DNA of 64,000 nucleotides, from assembly GCA_951406725.2 (NCBI GenBank), contig OX597814.1:124496001-124560000 (forward strand), given 5' to 3'. The notes beneath the pieces were generated by a model. The model searched no databases, was not told where the DNA came from, and saw only the letters and a program-made list of their open reading frames with translations. The position numbers were made by a program, and so were the translations under genes. How positions within the stretch are numbered: position 1 is the first letter of the stretch; every line of letters begins with the position of its first letter. Of this stretch, positions 53,569-64,000 are shown piece after piece. This stretch comes from Octopus vulgaris (lineage: Eukaryota).

Positions 53569-54029
53569 TAGAGAGATAGAATAGTGTGCTGGCAGACGAT
53601 ACTGCCTGTGTAACAGAGTAGAAACTAACAGAGTAGAAACTATGGTCACTGTGGTATTTATAATTCCCTTTAATTTTTAATTATCTAAATTTTATCCCTG
53701 AGGAAGGAGTTGGTTTCTAACGAAGATACAAAGTTGCAACGTTGGAATGTAGATAACGAAAACAATGTCCTATTCTAAACTTGATAAAAGTCTTGCATAT
53801 TTATACTCTTCCGTTTACAAGTTGTAGTTGTAATGTGCGAGATGGTGGATTTATTTCTTTTTCGGAAAACCTTAGCTTATCCCGACTGTCACTTAAGCAT
53901 TTATTCATGAAAGGCGGAGAGCTCGCAGAAACGTTAGCGCGCCGGGCGAAATGCTTAGCAGTATTTCGCCTGCCGTTATATAACCACTTATATATAACCA
54001 TATACAAGAAATATATAACCGTTTATTCA

Positions 54030-54300
54030 CCTAAGTGCACCAATTATTATTGGTATAAATGTAAAATTGTTATCTGGATACACAAATTGGAAGTTTCGAA
54101 GCAGTTATCCATAGTCATCCGCTTTCCCTTTGATTTCAAAGAGATATTCCCATCAACAGTTCAATTGACCTCTATGACGGTACATACAATATCTGGACTG
54201 TTATCCCAGATATGTCAGATGTTTTCGTGGCAATGTTCCACCAGTATTTCTTATGTTAATATTCGTGTATGTATTCTCGACCTATTCCAGGACAGGGTTT
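54030..54300 (-). mobile_element. REL-type non-LTR retrotransposon C-terminal remnant
   Basis: Minus strand DNSPDIV (HNRPDIV-like) and FTFIPIIIGAL. Confidence 0.6.
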
Positions 54301-54320
54301 TTATTCTGAATGGTATTGTA

Positions 54321-54881
54321 TTGGGTTGTCCGGAAAGTTCGTGCCGATTTATAGTAGCTTACATTTCGACTTATTTTAGAACATGGTTGAGTCCATAAAA
54401 TAGGATATGACTACACCTCCATATAGAGCACAGTTTAAGCTATCTTTTCGTGGAAGAAGGTTTCTGTTCCTATAACCTTTCTTAATTCTGTAACCCTTTA
54501 GCATGGAAGATAAGAAAGTTCATTTTCGGTACTTGATGCTTTGGGAACCAGACAAAAATTGCGGCAGCTCGGCTGGGATGTGTTACGCCACCCTCCATGT
54601 TCACCAGATATTGCTCCTTCAGATTTCCACTTATTATGGTCTCTGCAGAATAGTCTAATGGTAAAAATTTCAATTCCTTGGATAACGTAAAAAGATACCT
54701 TGAATTCTTTGGCATGAAATCACCTCAATTCTGGGAAGAGGGTATTTACAAGTTAAAGGAAAGATGGAGACGCATTGTGCAACAAAATGGTTCATATTTG
54801 GCAAGTACTGGCAAGTAATGGCAAGTATTTTTACCTTTTTCCTTCCTTTAAAAACCGGTACGAACTTTCCGGACAACCCAA
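54321..54881 (+). mobile_element. Internally deleted mariner (non-autonomous) with intact TIRs and TA target duplication
   Basis: TA|ttgggttgtccggaaagttcgtgccgattt ... aaaccggtacgaactttccggacaacccaa|TA; internal SPDIAPSDFHL at ~54601-54635. Confidence 0.93.
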
Positions 54882-55095
54882 TATATTGTTTAGCGACAGC
54901 GTTGTATCACATTGAGATTATATTGATGACATTATGGATAGCTGCCAATCATATGTGTGATGTATTCTACAGAAATATGACACTATCTACCTTTTCAGTT
55001 GCATCTTGGAGATCCAAGGATTTCACTGTCTCTTTTACTTATTAGGCATTTAGTAGGGTTATTTAGGTATTAATTAGCAAATGTATGTATGTATA

Positions 55096-55503
55096 CTCTT
55101 TGCTCTTTTGATCTTTTACTAGTTTCAGTCATTTGAACTGTGGCCATGCTGGAGCACCGCCTTTTAGTCGGAGAAATCGAGCCCTGGAATTATTCGTTGT
55201 AAGTTTAGTACTTATTCGATTGGTCTCTTTTTGTCGAACTGCTAGGTTACGGGGGCGTAAACACACCAAAATCGGTGAAGGGACAAGCACAGACACAAAC
55301 ACACACGCGTGCGCACACACACACACATGTATATATACACACGACAGGCTTCTTTCAGTTTCTGTCTACCAAATCCACTCACAATGTTGTGGTCGGCCCG
55401 AGGCTATAGTAAAAGACGCTTGTACAAGGTGCTACGCAGTGGGACATGACCCGAAGCCTTGTGCTTGGGTAGCAAGCTTCTTTCCACACAGTCACGCCTG
55501 CAC
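55096..55503 (-). mobile_element. SINE family B
   Basis: Reverse-complement full-length similarity. Confidence 0.88.
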
Positions 55504-55637
55504 CTATATATATATATATATATATACATATATAAAGTTAATCCAAACATGAAAACACAGAGAAAACACAACATGAGGACGTGGAACAAGTATAATGTTA
55601 TTGGACGCTCAGGAAAGGAGAGAAAGAAGAAGTATTT

Positions 55638-55664
55638 AACGTTTCGAGCGGAGCTCATCGTCAG
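55638..55664 (-). ncRNA. Minimal hammerhead-like motif in a ~200-bp TA-flanked repeat (55535-55740)
   Basis: Reverse complement CTGACGA-t-GAGC-tcc-GCTC-GAAAC-GTT, with palindromic AACGTT. Confidence 0.7.
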
Positions 55665-56215
55665 AAACATAGGAAAAGTAAATATCCAAGGAAGGGAAGA
55701 GGGAGGAAAAAAATCGCCAACGATACACACGCGGTCACATATTGGATATATACATATACTTATATACGTACATACACACACATACACATATATGCATGTA
55801 TGTATGTGAGCGTTTGAATATAGATAAGTATATATGTATTATAGATATATATAGATATATGATAATATCTTTAAGATAGCGTCTTAGCGCTAGTATTGTA
55901 TTGTATTACGTTGTTACATTAATATTATAAGAAAGAAAAATAAATATGCTCCATACATATACTCTTAAGAAATGGAGATAATTCTTTGTTCTCCATCTCT
56001 TTCCATTCTATTCCTCTCTCATATGGAAAGAGTTAAATGTACTCTATTCGATATTAAACCGTCTCGTTTTAAACTAGATTTCCACGTGATTAAATTATGC
56101 CGGCAGTTCTATTAGCGGAGTCCAATAGAACGCTGCAATCATCACTTGCTAAAGATTTCAACCGGCAACTGTCAGAAGATGAATTCAATCCCCAAACAAC
56201 ACCAAATTGCGAAGA

Positions 56216-56777
56216 ACATACATACATACATACATACATACATACATACATACATACATACATACATACATGCATGCATACATACATGCATGCATACATA
56301 CATGCATGCATACATACACATACACACATACATACATACACATACATACATACATACATACATACATAGTTATATAGATACATGCATAAACATATGCATG
56401 CATACGTGCATACATCTGTGAGCGTGCTTGTTTATGTGCGCATGCACACATACGCACACACATACACATGCATACACATATACATACACACATGCATATG
56501 TGTATGTGTGCAAAAACCTTCATGTGCCTATATACCTAGACCATTCCTCTATATATGGGTGTATATGTACGTGTGCATGAACCATATATGTATGCATGCA
56601 TGTATGTATGTATGTATGTATGTGTTTGTGTGTGTGTATATATACATATGTGTGTGTGTTTATATGTGTATGTATATGTGTGCGCACACGTTAGTGTACA
56701 TACGTACACATACATACATACTTTCATATATACATACATACATAAAAACGTACATACTAACATGCACACATACATAC

Positions 56778-56821
<44 letters not shown>

Positions 56822-56900
56822 ATGTACTTACACATGCAGATGCTACAAAAGCTGCCATACGCTCATGTATGTATATGGGTGTATGTATACGTATGCGTAC
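56216..56900. repeat. (TACA)n/(CA)n/(TATG)n low-complexity tract
   Basis: Direct reading. Confidence 0.9.
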
Positions 56901-57385
56901 GAGTTTGTGTGTGATTGTTTGACAATTACAGTTGTTTTTTTTTCTTTTTTTCCAATCCACATAAATTAGGGATTCAGAAAAGAAAACAGAAAAGAAGAAA
57001 GAAACCGATAAGATAAGTACTACTTCTTTAACAAAAGTACTGGTGTCGAATCGTGCGTCTAAAACCCTTGAAGATAGTGCCCCAGTATGGGCGCAGCTTA
57101 ATCGTTAAAAAAATTTTTTTATATAATACTAAAATAATGTATATTTGTATGAGTTCATATCTATCTTTTATCTGTATGTATGCATGTATGTATGTATGTA
57201 TGTATGTATGTATGTATGTATGTATGTATGTATGTATGTATGTTTGTATGTATATACATACACGCGCGCGGGCTGACATACACGACACGGACACACACTC
57301 ATACACACACACCATACGCATACACAAATATATATATATGATATATATGTGTATTTATATATATATATATATTTATATATATATC

Positions 57386-57443
<58 letters not shown>

Positions 57444-57907
57444 GTATGTATGTATGTATATAGTGACAGTGAAACCAGAGTTGCACCAGAGATGGCGAAA
57501 CTATTGAAATGCAGAAGATAAGTCATTTCTAAAGGTGAAGTGAGTGTAAGTGTGGCGTATTAAGCAAAAAGAATGGAACGGAGTAAATGTTGGAGATAAA
57601 ACCGTATTGAATAGTAAAGAATAGAAGAATAGACTAAGGTTATTATAGATAAATAATGGAAGGGGATGAAATATAATGAGATGGAGACGAATGTAGGAAA
57701 TAGGTTGGATTAGAAAGTGTATGAGAGAGTGTGTTGTTTTTATGTTTGTTTGTGTGAATGAGAGTGAATAGGATATTTGAAAGGCCTGTGATATCAAGAT
57801 ATTTTGACGGTTGGAAGAATAAATAAACTAAAATATGATATTATAGAGTTAAGTTCTTGAATATTTATTCTTTCAGAAAATTTCTTTGGTAATGGATATT
57901 GTTTTGA

Positions 57908-58110
57908 GGCGGCGAGCTGGCGGAATGGATAAGCACGTCAAACAAAATGTATAGCGATATTTCTTCCGGGTTTTTATATTCTACGTTCAAATCCTGCTGT
58001 GGCCAATTTTGCCTTTCCTTCTTTTGGTGTCAATAAAATAAAATATCAATCAAGTAAACTGAGGTCGATGTTAGCGACTTACTCTCATTCGCCCCTCAAA
58101 ATTGCTGGAC
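57908..58110 (+). mobile_element. SINE family A-related old monomer
   Basis: aggcggcgagctggcggaa...gttcaaatcc...ctcaaaattgctgg. Confidence 0.7.
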
Positions 58111-58664
58111 TTGAACTCCGCAACGGACCGGCCTCCCCTTCCAGAAGAACGTCGTGATTTTAGTCACTTATACGCAATGGACGGGCATGGGTAACCGGCT
58201 TCAAGAGTACTAGGATACGGAAAAAGAAAAAAAAATGATATGGTGGTGTTATATCTCGACCGTTTCACAATGTGGCTTCAGTAAGGCGTGAAATGGAGTT
58301 ATCTGCTCCTGAGTCTACAATTAAGCAGCCGATCATTCAATAGGTACGTGTACGCTTAAAAAAAAATTCTTAGGTTGAATCAGCGTGGCACATTTTGTGA
58401 GACAAAGTCGTTTCGTCTTGAATTACATGTAAATTTCACCAGACGGGCTTCTTAGAACAAGCAAGATTTCCATCCTTGCTTCGTGTGGAACTAAACGCGT
58501 GTGCAAACGATGTAAAAGGGAAATGTTCAAAAAAAAAAAAAGAAGAAAAACTAGGAGATAAATTGAATTTGCTTCAACTGTTAGGGATTTACTGGTTGTT
58601 CTCAGATTACAGTGATGCTCTGTAGCAAGATAAACCATCCTACCCGTGCAAGAATACTGTATGC

Positions 58665-59215
58665 ATTTCAGTTACTGGACTCCGGCCATGCTGGTACTCT
58701 ACCTCGCAGAGTGTAGTCAAGCAAATCAACCCTAGTACTTATTTTAAAAGTCTTTTATTTAGTCTATCGATCACTTTTGCCGAACCGCTAATTTGCAGGG
58801 ATAAAAATAAACGAAAAAACGAGAAGTAACCTTCTCGAGTAATGCCGAATCATAAGGATGGTTTTCTCGGTTTCATGGGGTCCACCGCAGGGTTACTCAT
58901 TTTTGCCATCTGAATGGATAGGAGCAACGTGAAATGAAATGTGTTGCTGAAGACCACAACGCGTCGTCCGGTCCAGGAATCGAAATTGCAATCTTACGAC
59001 CTGAGTCCAATAACCTAACCACTAAGCCACGCGCCTCCACTTAATTTGTGGGGAAGTAAATAAACCAACAACGCTGTGACAGAGAACAAACTCAAACACG
59101 ATGATACACGCACACACTCACACAGGCTTCCGCACAGTTTCTGTCTTCCGAATTCACGCAGAAGGAAGAACTAATTCAAGGTGCCGCGCAATGGAACTGG
59201 ACTCGAAGCCATATG
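58665..59215 (-). mobile_element. SINE family B interrupted by SINE family C (~58815-59040)
   Basis: Family C head aaccactaagccacgcgcctccac ends at 59040; degenerate duplication taatttg..ggg.....aataaac at ~58790 and ~59042. Confidence 0.7.
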
Positions 59216-59311
59216 ACCAGGCCTATGATCTCTAAGAATGAAATTTGTAATTTGGTGATAATCTGTTAATGATTAAAACTAAATACTTAACATACAAAGC
59301 AACTATAAATA

Positions 59312-59939
59312 TCTTTTTCTACTCTAGGCAGAAGGCCAGAAATTTTAGGGGAGGGGGTCAGTTGATTAGATCGACCTCAGTACGCAACAGGTACTTAATT
59401 TATCGACCCCGAAAGGATGAAAGGCAAAGTCAACCTCGGCGGAATTTGAGCTCAAAACGTAAAAACAGCCGAAAATACTTATTTCTTTACTACCTACAAG
59501 GGACTAAGCACAGAGGGAACAAACAAGGACAGACAAACGGATTACATCGACCCCAGTGCGTAACTGGTACTTATTTAATCGACCCCGAAAGGATGAAAGG
59601 CAAAGTCGACCTCGGCGGAATTTTAACTCAGAACGTAGCGGCAGACGAAATACCGCTAAGCATTTCGCCCGGCGTGCTAACGTTTCTGCCAGCTCGCCGC
59701 CTTAAAATATTCTTTTCTACTCTAGGCACAAGGCCAGAAATTTGGGGGAAGGGAGGCCAGTCGATTAGATCGACACCAGTACGCAACTGTTACTTAATTT
59801 ATCGACCCTCAAAAGGATGAAAGGCAAAGTCGACCACGGCGGAATTTGACCTCAGATCAATGAATTTGAACTCAGATCAGACGAAATATTGCTAAGCATT
59901 TCACCCGACGTGCTAACGTTTCTGCCAGCTCGTCGCCTT
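59312..59939 (-). mobile_element. Two tandem SINE family A copies (59312-59703 and 59712-59939)
   Basis: Two reverse-complement heads with bodies and tails. Confidence 0.9.
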
Positions 59940-60009
59940 AAAGCAACAAATATTGGAAAAAATTTTGTTTTTTAGGTTATATGCTGGGCTTTTTATTCTG
60001 GAATGTGTA

Positions 60010-60385
60010 TCTTTTATCTTTTACTTGATTTCAGCTAATATACTGCGGCCATGCTGGGGCATTACCTTGAAGAATTTTAGTCGAACAAATGGACCCCAGG
60101 GTGTTTTTTTATTTTTTTTGAAAGCCTGGTACTTATACTATTCATCTTTTGCCGAACCGCTAAGTTTGCGGGGGTCAAACACAGACACAAAGACACACAC
60201 ACATACACACTCATACACGCGCGCGGGCGAAGAACTTCTTTTAGTTTCTGTCTACCAAATTCAGTCACATATCTTTAGTCGGCCCGAGGTTATAGTAGAA
60301 ACACTTGCTCAAGTTCCACGCAGTGAAACTGAACTCGGAACCATGTTGTTGGGAAGCAAGCTTCTTATCATACAGCCACGCATGC
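60010..60385 (-). mobile_element. SINE family B
   Basis: Reverse-complement similarity. Confidence 0.82.
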
Positions 60386-61225
60386 GCTTGAGTATATCGA
60401 AAATTTATTAAATATATTGTTTATACGGACTTCTGAACTATTTTTATCCGTCCTGTTGCGTTCATAATGTATGGGTCAACTCGAGCGGAATTGAACATGT
60501 AACCTCATAGTTGCAATCTTAACCTTTCGACCGTTCCGACCCCCAAACAGACAGATATAAAAGTAAACTAAAGCGAAATTTCAGAATAACATCAGCAATT
60601 TTAGTGTGGAATCTATAGAAGAAAAAAGTAATAAAAAACATTTATCATTATATCAATGTCATTATATCAATCTGATGAATATGGATCAGTAACTTTCAAT
60701 GACACGCCTTTGGCACTGATCTCAGCCAATCAGTGATTGCCAGTTCACCACATAATTTGATGTCTCTCTTCAAAGATTCTCTTCAGAAACTTCACGTATG
60801 ATTGTCGTTATTTTGGCTCTCACACAAAAATTAAATTTTAATGGTCACATGACCTCGTTCACGCGAACCTAGCAGACACTTGTTGCTAGTGTCGCGTGAA
60901 TATATAGTTCTTGGCTACTTCCAACTTCTCTTTTTTCTTTTGATCAAATCGTTTTTACAGACACACTGCTGTTAGTCTATAGTCCATCATAAAAGGCTAC
61001 ATTTGAATTCACACATTTAAATGGAGTCCGTCACAATGTTGACACATCTCGTATCGGTCGGCCTAACGGTAAAAGACATTCTCACACAACCTCACACTCT
61101 TTCTATTTCTTTGATACTCTCTCATCTCACAAGTTTTAAGCTAGAATCAACTATTGCTAGAAATATTGTGTATTTCGTATGGATGTTTTCGTGAACAATT
61201 TTGTGAATATCAACTACACTTTAAA

Positions 61226-61860
61226 GTGGTTGAGTGGTAAGAAATTTACTTCCCAGCTACATGGTTTCGAGATCGGTCAACTACGCAGCGCCTTGAACAA
61301 ATGTCTTCTATTATAGCTTCGAGTCAACCAAAACTTTGTGAGTAGATTTGGTAGACGAAAACTGTGCAGAAGACCGTCATGTGTGTGTGTGTGTGTGTGT
61401 ATGTGTGTGTGTGTGTGTGCGTGCGTGTGTGTGTGTGTGTGCATGTGTTTATGAGTATTTATGTTTGTCCTCCAATATCGCTTACCAACCCATGTTAAAT
61501 TGTTTCTGTATTCGTAGATTTGGTGGTTCGGCCAGGCAAAAAAGAATATGTACCAGACTTTATAAATATATAAATACCAAAGTCGCCTGGCCGACTAAAC
61601 CCGTCAAGGAGTTGCTCCAGCGTAGCCGCAGTTCAATGACCAGAACAAGCAAAACATAAAAGATAAATGAGAATGAAAAATTCTTTTATCACTGTGTGGA
61701 GTGGCTGTGTGGTAAGTAGCTTGCTTACCAACCACATGGTTCCTGGTTCAGTCCCACTGCGTGGCACCTTGGGCAAGTGTCATCTACTATAGCCTCGGGC
61801 CGACCAAAGCCTTGTGAATAGATTTGGTAGACGGAAACTGAAAGAAGCTCGTCGTATATA
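61226..61860 (+). mobile_element. Two SINE family B copies (old 61226-61668; young 5' half 61698-61860)
   Basis: Heads gtggt.gagtggtaag and gtggctgtgtggtaag, with family B bodies. Confidence 0.82.
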
Positions 61861-61879
61861 TGTATATATGTTTGATGCT

Positions 61880-62335
61880 ATAATAAACATCAAACCAAAT
61901 TTCACAGTCTTCCCCTTCTACCAGTGCAAAGATACAATATCTCCACAAGAACGTTTAAAGAAAGAAACTTTTTTCATTGAAAAATACAGAACAGGTCTTA
62001 ATATGCACGCATAACCAACTTTTATCTTTTTACATATTTCAATTCACGATTACATCACTGTACATAAATCCCCTCACTAAACAAGGTTTTCAAAATTTGT
62101 TTTTGTCTGTATATATATATATTCCTCTCCCATCACTGAAAGCTGAACAGTTATCTCCCTTACCCACAACAATAACGATAACCAACTACCTCCCCTTATT
62201 TATCTACTTGTGGAGTCATTCACTCGTAAATATCGCACACAACAAGGACAAAATTTCTTCTTAAGAAAAAATACATATTCAAATAAGTAAAACATAATAT
62301 CATGAATAGCGATAGCGAAACCGGTCGATATACCA
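61880..62335 (+). mobile_element. Penelope-like element 3' end: GIY-YIG C-terminus, UTR and degenerate hammerhead
   Basis: FTVFPFYQCKDTISPQERLKKETFFIEKYRTGLN...* (R...E..FI......LN pattern) stops at 62014; CTTAAGA(62260)...GAAACCGGTC(62317-62326). Confidence 0.7.
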
Positions 62336-62406
62336 AAAATTATATTAAAACTATGTAAATGTGCGTATTTTCCTCTTTAATTTCATTTATATATATATAT
62401 TATATC

Positions 62407-62483
<77 letters not shown>

Positions 62484-63259
62484 GTATGCATATATATATA
62501 TATACTTTATTTATATATATATATAGTTGCGACGTCACTGGTGCCATATCCCTTCGATAACACTGGTGGCGTGGAGAGGAGGCTGGTACACACACACAAC
62601 ACCCGGACTTGTATCTAGGAATATATATATATATATATTATATATATATATATAAATATTGATGTTTGTTTCTATGTTCAGTTACATACATTCATGTATA
62701 AGAATTATATTTATGCGTGTGTGATATACGTATAAATATACCTGTCTTTGCACTTGTGTTTGTCCCCTTCGCCACTCGACAACCAGAGTTGGTTTGTTTC
62801 CGTCCCTGCAATCTACCGTTCGACTACATTTTTTAAGGCTGTACCTCAGTATGGTTGCAGTTCAGTAACTGCTGGAACAAACAAAACATGTGCGGGGTAA
62901 CTAAAGTCATTGACTTCAGGCGGCTTTTGTATGTATGAATGTCATTATTCAGTTTTATTTCAAGATTTCTTGCGAATAGAGAAAAAGCCGGTTTCTAACC
63001 TAGATCCAAGTCTCTTTCATTGGAATTTCAACATCATCAACAGGGTATTTTTACATGTATGTATGTATGTATGTATGTATGTATGTATGTATGTATGTAT
63101 GTATGTATGTATGTATGTATGTATGTATGGATGGATGGATGGATGGATGCACGCATGCATGTATGTATGCATGTAAGTGTGTATGTATGTGCTTGTATTT
63201 GTATATATATGTGTGTATGTGTGTGCATGCACATACGTATGCATTTGTATATAGATGTG

Positions 63260-63835
63260 AACGGTACAAACGAAAATTTACAGTTATGTTCCAAGAGCAG
63301 GAGAGTTCCATTTTATTTCACCATAAATGTTCTCCTTTTTGTGAGTCATTCACCTCCGCTGGACAGCTGATCCCTACAACTGTGCATGACTTTTGATCCC
63401 TGTTCCACTCAACTATATCAGGTCTGCTGTGTTTGCACAGAATTTCTGTTATTATTTGAGCGTTCCAGCCGTATTTCTAATTTTTAAGGTGTGATTATAT
63501 TCTGGTTCTGATATGCATTTGATGTATATATCCATCAGGGCAATCCTTCTTGCTGATAGCGTTGTAAATATTCTTTGCAACTAACTATACCATGCTTCAG
63601 GGGTAGGTCGCATCTCGTTGACATTTGGGGGCATCTGCTGATGATGTGGGTAATATGTTCCACACTGGTATAATATAGCCAACATTCTCTATCACAGCAC
63701 GCAGGCATGGTAGTATGTTTGTCTGCCTTGTTTACCAGGTATTTAATTGATGTTTCCTGTTCCAGGATAGAAAAGGTATATCTTTTCAGGTGGAATACAA
63801 TGTATCAATCACAACTTCAAGATAGGCTTCTCTTC
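63260..63835 (-). mobile_element. REL-type non-LTR retrotransposon remnant
   Basis: Minus strand VEHITHIISRCPQMS...KH (knuckle/RHD region) and WNRDQKSCTVVGISCP. Confidence 0.65.
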
Positions 63836-64000
63836 TTGTCAAAGCTGCTGTAATCCTGTTATGTACGTATGTATTCAGGTATGTATGTATGTACGTATGT
63901 ATCTATGTATATATGTATGTATATATGTACGTACGTACGTATGTGTGTAGGTATGTGTGTATGTGTGTATGTATGTATGTATGTATGTATGTATGTATGT

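Noticed and set aside
56097-56216. Possible host exon (MPAVLLAESNR...)
   Set aside because: No recognisable domain or clear splice sites; it runs into a microsatellite.

Overview
Eukaryotic, AT-rich, repeat-saturated non-coding DNA. The tRNA-derived SINE families and microsatellite density suggest an octopod cephalopod; this is an inference. I found no host protein-coding exon, and nearly all listed ORFs are microsatellite or SINE artefacts. The main element is a near full-length Tx1-like (L1-group) LINE at ~11029-17081, frameshifted, with a CCHC-knuckle ORF1 and an APE+RT ORF2, sitting inside a (TATC)n array. The window also holds many copies of three SINE families and remnants of mariner, maT/Tc1, CR1-like, REL-type, Helitron and Penelope elements. 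Four observations stand out. (1) The tail of the dominant, multimeric SINE matches the last ~45 nt of this LINE, including a stem-loop, which suggests a LINE-SINE partner pair. (2) Variant patterns in the flanking microsatellite suggest a very long target-site duplication. (3) There are about a dozen minimal hammerhead-ribozyme-like motifs, several inside locus-specific long fold-back inverted repeats, and one lies downstream of a Penelope endonuclease C-terminus. (4) Several short insertions appear to be copied from nearby DNA. All alignments were done by eye and boundaries are approximate.
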